Assembly (NCBI GenBank): GCA_019654055.1 | Contig: BPDA01000005.1 | Location: forward strand, 1 to 59,460 | Direction: 5' to 3' | DNA length: 59,460 nucleotides | Origin: Methanobacteriota archaeon | GTDB lineage: Archaea > Thermoplasmatota > Poseidoniia > Poseidoniales > Thalassarchaeaceae | Shown here: positions 1 through 11,604 of the stretch, one piece after another | Numbering within the stretch: the first letter of the stretch is position 1 | Layout: every line of letters starts with the position of its first letter | Made by a program: the position numbers and the translations under genes | The notes under the pieces: model-generated | Database searches by the model: none | What the model saw: only the letters and a program-made list of their open reading frames with translations | What the model was told of the DNA's origin: nothing

Positions 1-295
1 AGATAGCGATAGTGGGCACTACCGAATTCACCCTTGGATTCCACTAGCGGGCATAATGCGCCTGCACAACCCACACGGCGACGAGGAGATGCGCGACACT
101 CTCAGTTCGTTGCTCGATGAGAAGGAGGTCGGTATCATCGTAGTCGATTCAGCCGACCTCACGCGTATGCCGGACAAGCTCAGACAGCGAATGTCCGACA
201 GCATTTCGCCCACAGTGTTGGGCATAGGGACAGAGGAGGACAATACCCTCCGTGAGTCCATCAAGTCGGCGCTCGGCGTCGACCTTTGGAAGTAG
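1..295 (+). CDS. atpF: A/V-type ATP synthase subunit F (5'-truncated by window; apparent 1-bp indel near 43)
   Basis: Upstream frame reads IAIVGTTEFTLGF.LAGI, the AtpF N-terminal motif, and continues into ORF 56..295 (EVGIIVVD...LRESIKSALGVDLWK). Directly precedes atpA. Confidence 0.9.
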   Translation, partial: DSDSGHYRIHPWIPLAGIMRLHNPHGDEEMRDTLSSLLDEKEVGIIVVDSADLTRMPDKLRQRMSDSISPTVLGIGTEEDNTLRESIKSALGVDLWK

Positions 296-328
296 ATTCC
301 TCGAATACAAGGATAAGGAAGTGAAGAA

Positions 329-2070
329 ATGAGTGAAGAAAATGGATTGATTTACAGAATCTCAGGACCGGTCGTCACGGCCGTCGGCATCTCGCCGAGA
401 ATGTACGAAGTGGTACGAGTCGGCGACGAGGGACTGATGGGAGAAGTGATTGAGTTGCACGGTGATCAGTCGGTCATCCAGGTCTATGAGGAGACCTCGG
501 GCGTCAGGCCGGGCGAGCCGGTGGTCAGGACAGGTCAGACCTTGTCCGTGAAGTTGGGCCCCGGTCTGCTGACCCAGATTTACGACGGGATACAGCGGCC
601 TCTGGAAGACCTCGAGGAGACCATGGGCGTGTTCATCACGCGTGGTGTCGATGCTGATGGCCTTGACCTCACGAAGAAGTGGGAGTTCAACGCCACCGCC
701 TCGGTCGGTGACGAGGTCTCGGGCGGCTCCATAATCGGATTCGTCCAAGAGACCGAGACTGTCGAGCACAGAATCATGGTCCCCCCTGGGCCTGCTGGCA
801 AGATTGCCAGCATCGAGTCCGGCGAGTTCGACATCACGACCACGGTGTGCACTCTCGAAGACGGCACCGAGGTTGCGATGATGCAGGAGTGGCCGGTCAG
901 GACCCCGCGCCCGTTCATCCAGAAGAACGCCCCGGACGTGCCGTTGGTAACCGGCCAGAGGATTCTAGACTTCCTGTTTCCACTGGCCAAGGGCGGAACC
1001 GCTGGCATTCCCGGACCGTTCGGTGCTGGAAAGACAGTGACCCAACAGCAGCTGGCTAGGTGGTCGGACGCTCAGATTGTTGTCTACATCGGCTGCGGTG
1101 AGCGTGGCAACGAGATGACAGAAGTCCTCACAGAGTTCCCTCATCTGATGGATCCCAACACTGGCAAACCGCTGATGAACAGGACCACGATGATAGCAAA
1201 CACCTCCAACATGCCGGTCGCCGCGCGTGAGGCATCCGTGTACACCGGCATTACAATCGCCGAGTACTTCAGGGACATGGGATACGATGTCGCCCTCATG
1301 GCCGACTCCACCAGCAGGTGGGCCGAGGCCATGCGAGAGATCTCCCCCCGTCTCGAGGAGATGCCGGGAGAAGAGGGATACCCTGCCTATTTGTCAAGCC
1401 GACTGGCCGAGTTCTACGAGCGCGCAGGACGAGTCCAGACTCGGGGCGGAGGCGACGGTTCGGTCTCGGTCATCGGTGCTGTTTCCCCTCCAGGAGGGGA
1501 TATCTCGGAACCGGTCAGCCAAGGTACCTTGAGAATCGTCAAGGTGTTCTGGGGCCTTGATGCGCCTCTGGCGAGGCAGCGACACTTCCCCGCAATCAAC
1601 TGGCTGAGTTCCTACAGCCTATATCCGCAGGCGCTGGACCAGTGGTACCGGGACAACATCGCTAGCGACTTCCCTGAGGTCAGGACGAAAATCAGCAGCC
1701 TGCTGCAAGTCGAGGCCGAGCTTCAGGAGATTGTGCAACTGGTCGGCTCCGACGCACTCCCTATGGACCAACAGCTTACCCTAGAGGTCGCACGGATGAT
1801 TCGCGAGTTCTTCCTGCAGCAGAACGCATTCCACGATGTCGACACGTTCAGTCAGTTGGACCTACAGTATGAGATGGCCAAGGCCATCCTGACCTTCCAA
1901 GAGGAATCCGAGAAGGCGATGGCCGGCGGAGCCGGTCTGGAGGACGTTGTCAACGTCCCTGCACGTACCGACCTGATGAGAGGTCGATTGAGGAGGGCTA
2001 TGCTGAGCGCATTGGGAAATTAAACGGTGAGATGTCTAAGCAGATTGCTGGGACTATGGAGGACAACTAA
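329..2070 (+). CDS. atpA: A/V-type ATP synthase subunit A (apparent frameshift near 1990; shifted frame ends TAA 2070)
   Basis: Walker [46 protein letters not shown]. No intein insertion seen. Confidence 0.97.
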
Positions 2071-2083
2071 GGGGGTGCCATGA

Positions 2084-3463
2084 ATGAGCGGAAAGGAATA
2101 CAGAACAATTACTGATGTCAAAGGGCCATTGGTCTTCCTCGAGAAGACGGAGCCCGTATCCTACGGCGAGATTGTGCAGTTGCGACTCTCCGACGGGTCG
2201 ATGAAGAACGGACAGGTGCTCGATACCAGCGATGACCAAGTCATCGTACAGGTCTTCGAGGGAACCGCGTCCGTAGACAGGCAGACCGGGGTCAAGTTCC
2301 TCGGGGACGTCTTCAAGCTCCCTGTCAGCAAGGGACTAAACGGACGTATCCTAGACGGTGCAGGGAAGCCAAGGGACGGCGGACCTGAGATCGTTGCTGA
2401 GGACATGGCGGACATCATCGGCGCCGCCATCAACCCCTATAGCCGCGAGAGCCCGGAGCAGTTCATCCAGACTGGAATCTCGGCAATCGACGCCTGCACG
2501 AGTCTTGTGCGCGGGCAGAAGCTGCCAATCTTCTCGGCATCTGGCCTGCCCCACAACGACATAGCCTTACAAATCGCGAGACAAGCTAAGTTGGTCGGCA
2601 GCGACGACGACTTCGTCGTCGTCTTCTGTGCAATGGGGATTACAGCCGAGGAGTACAACTTCTTCGTACACGATTTAGAGAGGACGGGCGCACTGGAGAA
2701 CGCCGCGCTGTTCGTCAACCTAGCGGACGACCCCGCCGTCGAGCGCCTATACTCCGAGACTGGCCTTGACGGCTGCCGAGTACTTGGCGTTCGAGCACGA
2801 TTACCACGTGCTTGTTATCTACACTGACATGACCAACTACTGCGAATCCCTGCGTCAGATTGGGGCTGCCCGTGAGGAAGTCCCCGGAAGGCGTGGGTAC
2901 CCCGGATACTGTACACCGATCTGGCGATGCTGTACGAGAGGGCAGGTATGGTCAAGGGCAAGAAGGGAAGCATCACCCAGTTCCCTATTCTTACTATGCC
3001 AGGAGACGACATCACGCATCCGATCCCGACCTATCTGGATACATCACCGAGGGGCAAATCGTGATTTCCAAGAGCTGCATCAGAAGGGGATATACCCTCC
3101 GATTTAAAGTACTGCCGTCCCTGTCAAGACTGATGAACGCAGGAATCGGCGAGGGCAAGACACGAGAGGACCACAAGTCAGTCTCCGACCAACTTATGCC
3201 GCCTATGCAGGGGGGAGGGAACTCAGAGGATTGGTGGCAAACGTCGGAGAGGACGCGCTCAACGAGCGAGATCTACAGCTGCTGAAGTTCGCGGACATAT
3301 TCGAGGGCCAGTTCCTCAGGCAGAGCCGAGACGAGGACCGCTCGATATCAGAGGGCACTCTCGACCTAGCGTGGGACCTGCTCACCAACATCGACACAAG
3401 TATCTGGTCAGACTGGATCAGAAGTGGATAGACAAGTACCACCCCACTGAGAGCAAGTCGTGA
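2084..3463 (+). CDS. atpB: A/V-type ATP synthase subunit B (several apparent frameshifts; end approximate)
   Basis: Fragments across ORFs 2084, 2766, 2860 and 3231 give [67 protein letters not shown] and [21 protein letters not shown]. Confidence 0.95.
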
Positions 3464-3493
3464 AACAGCCAGAGGGCACTTAGGAGGTAGAAC

Positions 3494-4112
3494 ATGGCTC
3501 TTGATATCAAGCCAACGAGGTCCGAACTAATCAAACCCCAAGCGGCGCATCAAGCAGACCCAGAACGGCTACAACCTTCTCAAGATGAAGCGAGACGGGC
3601 TGTTCCACGAGTTCAGGACACTGCTGTCGGAGATGATAGAGGCCCGCGAGGCACTGGTCGGAACCTACCGCGAGGCCGTTCAGTCAATCAGTCTGGCCAG
3701 TGCCATCGAGGGAGGACTGGCCGTAAAGAGCGCCGCCATAGCCATCTCTCGCCACCCGGAGGTCACGGTCACGCGACGCAACATCATGGGAGTGGTGGTC
3801 CCTAGCGTGGTCGGCACCAACCTGACCACCTCAATAGATGAGAGGGGAACAGGACTGATAGGTGGCTCGGCGTACATTGACGAGGCATCCGACGCATACT
3901 CCAATCTGGTCGAGAAGATCGTCAAGGCTGCCGAGATGGAAGCGACGCTGAAACGACTCCTCGTCGAGATTGAGGCCACTAAGCGTCGAGTCAACGCGCT
4001 GGAGTACGTCGTAATCCCTCAGATGGAGGAGGCACGGAACTTCATCCAGCTCCGTCTAGAGGAGATGGAACGCGAGGAGACGTTCCGCCTGAAGCGCTTC
4101 AAGAACAAGTGA
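3494..4112 (+). CDS. atpD: A/V-type ATP synthase subunit D (frameshift near 3540)
   Basis: MALDIKPTRSELIK joins LLKMKRDGL...EIEATKRRVNALEYVVIP...LEEMEREETFRLK. GGAGG RBS upstream. Confidence 0.95.
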
Positions 4113-4114
4113 AT

Positions 4115-4133
4115 CGGCGAACTCCGTTCGCCG
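4115..4133 (+). terminator. Hairpin immediately after atpD (possible terminator or mRNA 3' stabiliser)
   Basis: CGGCGAAC-TCC-GTTCGCCG, an 8-bp perfect stem just after the stop codon. No U-tract. Confidence 0.35.
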
Positions 4134-4140
4134 TGCGTAC

Positions 4141-6605
4141 GTGCGAGGGGTCAAAACCCACCTCCCCGGCCCAATATCGGGAGGAGTCAACCTGACCGAG
4201 GCCGAAACCCATCTACTCGACACCGAGACGTGGGGCGAGCACGAACTGCTCGAGGTAATCTGCTCGAGGTACTTCGTCCTCGGAAGTCAGGGCTTAGCCG
4301 AACACTCATGGGAGGTCAACGGCAGGGACGGCAGAAGCCCCAGTGCCTGCCTCCGCTCACTGAACAGGCACCTCAAGAACCTCAGTCTGATTGCGGTACT
4401 CGACGAGGGCGATCCGCCTCTGCTCAGCGTTGGCGCCCTGCCGGCCCAGATGATGGTGATGCCGGCTTGGCAGCAGGCTCTGGTATGGGCATTGGTAACT
4501 GGGTTCGTGACCATGGCAGGAGCCCTCTGGATCACTCATCTTGACCCTTCTCTAGCTGTCCTAGAAACAACGGTCCTGCAGACCGCCTTCGCCTTCTTCG
4601 CTCTCCCAGTGGTCGGCTCCGTGCTCCTCGCGAGCTACACCCGAATCTTCGTCTCGGAAGCATTGGAAGTCGAGTCGAGCCACCTGATCCCGCTCGCCTT
4701 CCCGGTGATGTCAGCGGAATGGCCGTTCAGCCTAATCTCGGCGATTGGCCAGTTGAGGCCCGACCTGCACCCGATACCTAACCGACGCGCCCTCGGGCTG
4801 ATTGAGCTGACCACACCGACGGTGATGTTCGTCAGTGGCTCCATCCTGACCATACTGGGACTAGGCATGACCCCTGAGCAGCCACCTGCGTTTGAGACGG
4901 CTCCGATAGTCGTCGACACCAACTTCTTGGTGGACATACTCAGCACATTGATGCTGCATTCGGACGTAGCACTGAAGCTGCAGTGGATACACCCGACCGG
5001 ACTAGCCGGCATCGCCCTCTCTCTGGCCGGTTGGGCTCTGCTATTGCCGGTCCCCGGATTTCCTGGGGACCGGATACTGCACGCTCTTATCGGTCCGGAG
5101 GACATGGAGGAGGGAAGCAACCAGACATCAATCTTCATTGTCACACTCGGCTTCACCCTACTAGTCTTCATGAGCACCGACTACTGGCCATGGCTGCTTC
5201 TGGTGGCAATAGCCGCGTGGCGCAGGTTCAGCCCCGAGCAGATGCCCTCGCCATACGTCGTCGACGAGTACGCGGGACTCGACGAGATCCCTATGCGGCA
5301 GATCGCATCGCTGACCCTGGCGATCCTCCTGCTGGGTTACCCAGGACTTGAGCCCAGCTACGAGATGGAGGAATGGGACGCTGGCCTGTCGACCTGAATC
5401 GTGGCCGGAGTTCGTGGCCTTCGAGGATGGGCAAGCCTCAGTCGAGCTGGTGCTAGAACCAGCCGGAGTTATGCCGGTCTCCGGCTGGTTGCAGATGCGT
5501 GTCGAAGGAGCTCCGTTCGGGGATTGGAAGATTGATTCGGAATGCTTCGACGAGAGAGAAACGTGTCGTTTCGACGACATCACCCAGGCCTCTCCGGGCA
5601 ACGTGTCGATTAGCCTGTCTAGGGAACAAATGGAGGCCACTGAGCAGACTTTCAGGCTGGTTGTCCTAGTCGATGTGGCTAATCACGTGACCGAGCACGC
5701 AATCGTGTTCCAGCCGACCGGGACGACCACGCCGATAGACCCTCTCTGGGTATTGGTCGAGGACACGAGCACCCCAAGGATTTGCGTAGATTTCCTAGTA
5801 GTCAAGGACGACCACGTCAACCTGTCCAACAACGACCCGTTCTGGTCGTTCGAGGACGAGACCTCGCTGGGTCCAGACCGCACAAACTATGCATGCGCGG
5901 TCACGATGGTGCGATACACTCCCTGTCGCTGCAGGACGAGCAGTTCCTGAGGATAGGCCCCTCTATCGTGGTGTCCAGAGAGAACCTGACCAATGACGTA
6001 CTGTTCATGCCGATCGAGGGCACTCAGCCGAAGATCCAGGTCTCTGAGAGCGAGTGGCTGATCCCCGAGTGGTTCGAAAAGGGCTCCGAGTACGTCATCG
6101 CCCGAGGTGACTCCGGCTCGGCGTTCTGCCCGTCCTCCGAGGCAATCGCAGAGGTCAACGCGACCGGCGACTGGCAGAGGGACCTCTCTGACCGCTCAGC
6201 GATTCTCGTCCCAGCCGGGCAGACGGGCAATGCTACCCTGAGGTTCCCGCCTTCGGGCTGGCTGGCTCTGTGCGAGGGCACCACTATGTTCGCCTCATAC
6301 AAGGTAGTCGAAGGTCCGGATGTCATGGTCGACCCGGGGACACTCGAATCGAGGATGCCCGGTGGCGAGTTCAGCATTGTGAACCGCGAGAACGCGTCGA
6401 TACCAATCTCCTTGGATTGGACCGGGGATGCGGTCGCGTGGGACAACTGGAAGTCTTGGGCGCCGGCCGAAGTGCCCGCGATGTCCTCAGTCACAGCCAA
6501 TGCTTCCGTTCATGGGGACCCGCCTGCTTTGTGGGCAGCCTGGGTCACGGCTGACGAGGACGGCATCACCCTGCACTTCGCGGCTCGTTCTTGGGGGAGG
6601 CATGA
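4141..6605 (+). CDS. Site-2-protease (M50)-like multi-pass membrane protein lacking catalytic motifs, with a long C-terminal soluble region (ORFs 4141/5348/5782 probably one frameshifted gene)
   Basis: PIPNRRALGLI, WIHPTGLAG and LLPVPGFPGDRIL align by eye with archaeal M50 motifs. The overlapping downstream ORFs have no clear starts of their own. Start and end are approximate. Confidence 0.6.
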
Positions 6606-7555
6606 TGCAGATAGCCATCCTCGGCATCGGCTCAATCGGAGGGGTGCTCCTAGGCGCCCTCTCGGACACTGACGCAGAACTGGTGGCTGTCGCTCGTGGC
6701 GAGAGTTCGAGGATGCTGTCTCAAGCCGGACTGGTCCTGCATACGCCGGAGGGATCCATAGAGGTAATCCCTCCCGAGCGCTTTGTCACGGTGGACAGCG
6801 AAGCGGGCCCACTGCCCGCAGGACTCCGTGGCTCGTGCGCCGCCGCCCTCGTCTGCGGCAAGGCGAACTCGACGCCAATACTCGCTCAGATAGTGGAGGA
6901 GTTGCTGAGCGAGGACGGAGTCGCCGCCAGCCTGCAGAACGGCATGGGTCACGCCGAGATACTCGCAAACAGGCTGGGCAAGGAGAGGGTGCTCGGCGGG
7001 ACTACTACCCATGGAGCATGGCGAGGCGAGGATGGGACTCACTGGGTCGGCCGAGGCAACATCAGATTGGGCAGGCTCGACGGCGCCGACGCCGAGGGTG
7101 CTGCAGCTGCTCTGATGACCAAGCTCCACGAGGCGAATCTGGGTCCGGAGTGGAGCGCGGACATCCAACGCACCATCTGGGTCAAGATACTCCTCAACGT
7201 GGCAATCAACCCGGTCTGCGCCATCGCCGGGGTCAGGAACGGAGCGCTGCTGGAGGTGTCCGAGCTGTGGGAGCAGGCACACTCCGCCATGCTGGAGGCA
7301 GCGATGGTCGCAGAGGCCAGTGGCGCAGACCTCTCCGAACTCGATTTGGAAGGCACCCTGCGTAAGGTGGCAGGGGCGACTGCGCAGAACCGCTGCTCGA
7401 TGCTCCAGGACGTGATGGCGGGACGACAGACCGAGATCGATGAGCTGTGTGGGGCGGTGGTCTCTCTGGGGGAGTCTCTGGGCGTTGCAACCCCGAGGAA
7501 TGAAATGCTCCATGCACTGGTTCGGGGTATTCACATCTCGTCCAGTCTGGAGTGA
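6602..7555 (+). CDS. panE: 2-dehydropantoate 2-reductase (ketopantoate reductase)
   Basis: IAILGIGSIGG Rossmann motif, SLQNGMG, WVKILLNVAINP, SMLQDVMAGRQTEID. Confidence 0.93.
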   Translation: MMQIAILGIGSIGGVLLGALSDTDAELVAVARGESSRMLSQAGLVLHTPEGSIEVIPPERFVTVDSEAGPLPAGLRGSCAAALVCGKANSTPILAQIVEELLSEDGVAASLQNGMGHAEILANRLGKERVLGGTTTHGAWRGEDGTHWVGRGNIRLGRLDGADAEGAAAALMTKLHEANLGPEWSADIQRTIWVKILLNVAINPVCAIAGVRNGALLEVSELWEQAHSAMLEAAMVAEASGADLSELDLEGTLRKVAGATAQNRCSMLQDVMAGRQTEIDELCGAVVSLGESLGVATPRNEMLHALVRGIHISSSLE

Positions 7556-7560
7556 TTCCC

Positions 7561-7667
7561 CGGCGATTTTTCGCCCCATTCGTAATCGTTGTGCTGCGCC
7601 TATGGAAGCCTCAACATTCATTAGCAGACAGGAGGGGAGGGCGCGAATGTCGTCGGCGATTTTTCGC
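7561..7667. promoter_or_regulatory. Two identical 14-bp motifs CGGCGATTTTTCGC upstream of smc
   Basis: Copies at 7561-7574 and 7654-7667. Each has GCGA-N4-TCGC dyad symmetry. Confidence 0.45.
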
Positions 7668-7686
7668 TCGGCGAATGGGTGAGGGG

Positions 7687-10600
7687 ATGCATCTACTTCG
7701 AATGGAACTCGAAAATTTCAAATCGTTCGGAGGCGAAGTCACCATTCCCCTCGAAGAGGGTTTCACGGCGATAACCGGACCAAATGGCTCGGGCAAGTCG
7801 AACACCTTGGACGCTCTGGAGTTCGTCCTCGGACCGAAGTCTACCAAGTCCCTCAGGGCGGCCAACGTCACTCAGCTGATCTTCAACGGCGGCAAGCGGG
7901 GCAGGCCGGCCAAGCACATGTCAGCCAGTCTTGTATTCGACAACACGCCTGATGTCGGCAGCCGGAGGAGGCTGAGGGTCGAGACCGACGAGGTGCGATT
8001 CACCAGAACGGTCAAGTTGGGTAGGAAGGGAGACCCGATCTCATCGTACCGGATCAACGACGAACCCTCCTCGGCCACCGAGATGCGCAGAGTCCTGGCC
8101 GAGGCCGGTCTCCGGGCTGGCGGCTACAACATCGTGAAGCAGGGCGATGTCACCACGCTCGCCACGATGACCCCTCACAAGAGGAGAGGTGTCCTCGAGG
8201 AGGTCGCAGGAGTCACTGCCTACGACGACGAGATTCGCCGGGCCGGCACCCAGCGCAAGCACGTCGAGTCCAACATCGAGACAATCGACCTGTTCGAGAT
8301 CGAGCAGAAGAAGCGGCTCAAGGACCTCGGCAAGGAGCGCGAGCAGGCCCTCAAGTTTAAGCAGCTCAAGGACGAACTTGACACCGCTAGGGTATCGCTG
8401 CACCAGTCGAGGCACAGGAACCGCTCCGACGAGGTGCGGCTGCTGGGCGAGGAGCGCTCGCGCTACCTAGGGGAGATTGACGATATAGGAGAGAAGATTA
8501 CCGATGGCAAGAAGGGAGTCTTGGCGCTTGACGAGGAACTGGTCAAGGTCGACTCCGACATCAACGAAATCACAAGCGGGGAGGCCCGGGGGCTGTTCGA
8601 GCAGATTCGCCAGTACCAGATCGACATCGAGACAGGCGGAGACAGAATCGGCGACCAGCGTAGCATCATTGAGGAGGCCGAGGAGGAGGCCGAGGTTTTC
8701 CGTACTGAGCTGCAGGGGGCACAATCCGCGCATGAGGACGTGCAGGGCGTCCTCGACAACGCCAGCCAAGCACTGGAGGATGCGAAGGCGACACTCAAGA
8801 GCGCATCAGCCGAGGAGCTCGAAGCCAGGGACGCAATCGAGTCAGGTGACAAGGCCGGTAGGGACCTCAAGCGAATCCTAGGCCGGACCTCGGAAGCCGT
8901 GGACGAGGCACAAACCACTCACGCAGAGGCCAGCCTGAAGGCCGATCTCGCAGACCAGAAGGCTCAGATCGCCTCAAGCAAGCTGGCCGACCTAGAGGGC
9001 GAGTTCGAGGAGGCCACCATGGTCCGCGACGACCTCGAACTGGTCGGCGAGGATCTACAGGGAGACCAACCCGAGAAGGACCGCGGCTCGCTTGCCGAAG
9101 AGTTGCGAAGGCTGCAGAAGCAGGAGGCTGAGCTGGTCGGCGACAGGGATCGCTCGGAGCTCAGGGTCAGAGACGCCGAGAGGGAGTTGAACAAGGCCCG
9201 AGCCCGTCAGGAGGGCCGCTCTGGAACACCTGGGTCAGCAGTTACCCTAGCAGCGCTCACCAAACTCCGCCAGAGTGGTGACGTGAAAGGTATCCTCGGC
9301 TCGCTGGGCGAACTCACAGCTCCGAAGGACCCAGCTCACGAAGAAGCGCTCGCGAACGCCCTAGGGGCGGGACTGAGGAGCATCGTGGTCACCGACGACG
9401 ACGTCGCGGCCAAGTGCATAGCATGGCTCAGGCAGAACGGAGGCGGTAGGGCCACTTTCCTACCCCTCAACAAGCTGTCCACCAGCCGCCCCGGGGGTCG
9501 CTCCCTGATCGTCGCAAACAATCCCGGGGTCATCGGCTTCGCCCACGACCTGCTGGACTACGACTCAGAGATTGAGACCGCCGTGAGGTACGCAGGACGT
9601 AACACCCTAGTCGTGGAGACCATGGAAGTCGCCCGGCGCAACATGGGTGGTGTACGACTCGTGACCCTAGACGGGTCCGTCATCGAAAGCTCAGGCGCCA
9701 TGACCGGAGGTTCCGCGGCAACATCGACTCGCAACGCCTTCGGTGGCGGCTCGGTCTCATCCAGCCTCGACAGGTTGGAGACAGCCGTCGAGGAGGCAAA
9801 CCTCCTCTACTCAACCGTCGAGGCCGCTCTCAGGGAACTGCGAGCCAACCAGCAGAGCCTACGCGACAGCATACACGGCCTCGACGGGGACGACCACTCA
9901 GTCAGGCTACGCAACTGGAAAGCTGATATCGAGCGGGCCCAGAAGAACGTCGACGAGACCCGCAATAAGGTCGTCGCAGCTACTCGGGAGTTCGAGCGCT
10001 GCGAGGAGGCGCAGGCCACCGTAAGGGCCGACGCCGACGAGGCCAGCGGGGATTACGAGTCCGCAGCCGCCGCCAGGGCCGCAGCCGCCCAGGCCCTCCA
10101 GGACCACGCTCCAGACCATCTATCGCAGAAGCTTAGGGAGGCCGAGAGGCAGATGACCGAGGCAGAACGCACCAAGCTGGCTTCGGAATCTGCGATCTCC
10201 AGCAGTAATGAGCGCTTGCAGATTCTATCCGGGCGAGTCGTGGAGATACAGAGACAGATCGACAAGAAGCTCGAGGCCATATCAACCGCGGAGTCGCGAA
10301 TCTCCGATTTGGAGAAGGCGATTGCAGAGGCCAACGACAACCTCGAGGACCTCAGGGTACAGGCCTCCCAGTTCGACGAGGAGCAGCAGGCCCTCAAGGA
10401 CAGGAGGGACGAGATAGTCGACGAGAGAGCGAGCCTGAGAGCCTCGGTCGAGACCATGTCGCAGAAGAGGGAGACCTTAGCGGCCCGCATAGAGGACCTG
10501 AATGTACAAATCCAGCAGAAGCGCGAGACTGTCGACGAAATCGCAGCCGAGTTGGGGGAAGCGGGAATCCCGATTCCGACAGCCGAGGCGCAGCTGCCGA

Positions 10601-11604
10601 CCGTGGCCGAGGCGGAGAAGAGCGTGCAGGGGCTCGAGCGCCGCCTCGGTCATCTCGGCAATGTGAACATGCTAGCCATAGAGCAGTACGACAGCACGGC
10701 CGAGCGCATCGACGGGCTGGTCGAGGACGGCAAGCTGCTGCGCAGCCGGCGCGAGCAGCTAGTTTCGCTGGTGGATCAGTTGGAGAGTGAGCGCAAGACT
10801 AGGCTGATGACCGTGTTCGATCACGTCAACAAGAACTTCTCGAGGGTCTACGAGGTACTGCAGCCAGGGGGGAGCGGTAAACTGCGCATGGAGAACCTCA
10901 GGAATCCCTTCGATGGGGGCTTGGAAATGGACTGCGTACCTCCGGGCAAGAGCAAGAACACCCGCCGAAACCAGCTTTCCGGCGGCGAGAAGTCGATGGC
11001 CGCGCTGGCCCTAATCTTCTCGATCCAAGATTACGAGCCGAGCCCGTTCTACTACCTCGACGAGGTCGACCAGAATCTTGACCCATTCAACGCCGAGCGC
11101 ATTGCCACGCTATGCAGAATACGCAGCCAACAAGCACAGTTCCTCATGGTGACCCTGCGCAAGATCAGTCTGACCCTAGCCGACCACCACGTCGGCGTCA
11201 CCCACGCTGGTGATGGCCGTAGCCGACTCATCACTGACTTCGACAGGGCGGCCGCCATTGAGATGGGCGAGAAGTTCGAGGCCGAGCGGAAGGCCCAGAC
11301 TCAGACCAAGGCAGATCGACAGGCTATGCCCGAACTGCCTGAACCCAGAGACATGCCACGGACCCCTGAACCCCTAGGCACTCCGAAGAGCCTAGGCGGG
11401 CTAGCCGAGCGAGCCGGGGCGGAAATCGAAACCGGTGAGGTGGAAGATGAGGTCGAGGCGGAAGGAGGAACCATCGAGTCATTGCGCGATCGCACCGAGG
11501 ACTGGACCGAGGACATGGGCGAGCGTGAGGAGATTGAACAGGTCCTCGAAGAATCAGAAGAAGACGAGGTCGACTCCGAGGTCGGGCAGAAGGAGGCTGA
11601 ATGA
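7687..11604 (+). CDS. smc: Chromosome segregation protein SMC
   Basis: LENFKSF, Walker A GPNGSGKSN, coiled coils, hinge GRATFLPL and VTLDG, signature LSGGEKS, YYLDEVD. Confidence 0.98.
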   Translation: MHLLRMELENFKSFGGEVTIPLEEGFTAITGPNGSGKSNTLDALEFVLGPKSTKSLRAANVTQLIFNGGKRGRPAKHMSASLVFDNTPDVGSRRRLRVETDEVRFTRTVKLGRKGDPISSYRINDEPSSATEMRRVLAEAGLRAGGYNIVKQGDVTTLATMTPHKRRGVLEEVAGVTAYDDEIRRAGTQRKHVESNIETIDLFEIEQKKRLKDLGKEREQALKFKQLKDELDTARVSLHQSRHRNRSDEVRLLGEERSRYLGEIDDIGEKITDGKKGVLALDEELVKVDSDINEITSGEARGLFEQIRQYQIDIETGGDRIGDQRSIIEEAEEEAEVFRTELQGAQSAHEDVQGVLDNASQALEDAKATLKSASAEELEARDAIESGDKAGRDLKRILGRTSEAVDEAQTTHAEASLKADLADQKAQIASSKLADLEGEFEEATMVRDDLELVGEDLQGDQPEKDRGSLAEELRRLQKQEAELVGDRDRSELRVRDAERELNKARARQEGRSGTPGSAVTLAALTKLRQSGDVKGILGSLGELTAPKDPAHEEALANALGAGLRSIVVTDDDVAAKCIAWLRQNGGGRATFLPLNKLSTSRPGGRSLIVANNPGVIGFAHDLLDYDSEIETAVRYAGRNTLVVETMEVARRNMGGVRLVTLDGSVIESSGAMTGGSAATSTRNAFGGGSVSSSLDRLETAVEEANLLYSTVEAALRELRANQQSLRDSIHGLDGDDHSVRLRNWKADIERAQKNVDETRNKVVAATREFERCEEAQATVRADADEASGDYESAAAARAAAAQALQDHAPDHLSQKLREAERQMTEAERTKLASESAISSSNERLQILSGRVVEIQRQIDKKLEAISTAESRISDLEKAIAEANDNLEDLRVQASQFDEEQQALKDRRDEIVDERASLRASVETMSQKRETLAARIEDLNVQIQQKRETVDEIAAELGEAGIPIPTAEAQLPTVAEAEKSVQGLERRLGHLGNVNMLAIEQYDSTAERIDGLVEDGKLLRSRREQLVSLVDQLESERKTRLMTVFDHVNKNFSRVYEVLQPGGSGKLRMENLRNPFDGGLEMDCVPPGKSKNTRRNQLSGGEKSMAALALIFSIQDYEPSPFYYLDEVDQNLDPFNAERIATLCRIRSQQAQFLMVTLRKISLTLADHHVGVTHAGDGRSRLITDFDRAAAIEMGEKFEAERKAQTQTKADRQAMPELPEPRDMPRTPEPLGTPKSLGGLAERAGAEIETGEVEDEVEAEGGTIESLRDRTEDWTEDMGEREEIEQVLEESEEDEVDSEVGQKEAE

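Noticed and set aside
1-4112. Frameshifted ATP synthase genes as pseudogenes or programmed frameshifts
   Set aside because: These are essential genes with otherwise conserved residues. Scattered 1-bp indels throughout the window fit sequencing error better.
6650-7621. Long antisense ORF opposite panE, and many similar shadow ORFs
   Set aside because: Expected in GC-rich coding DNA, with no recognisable motifs.
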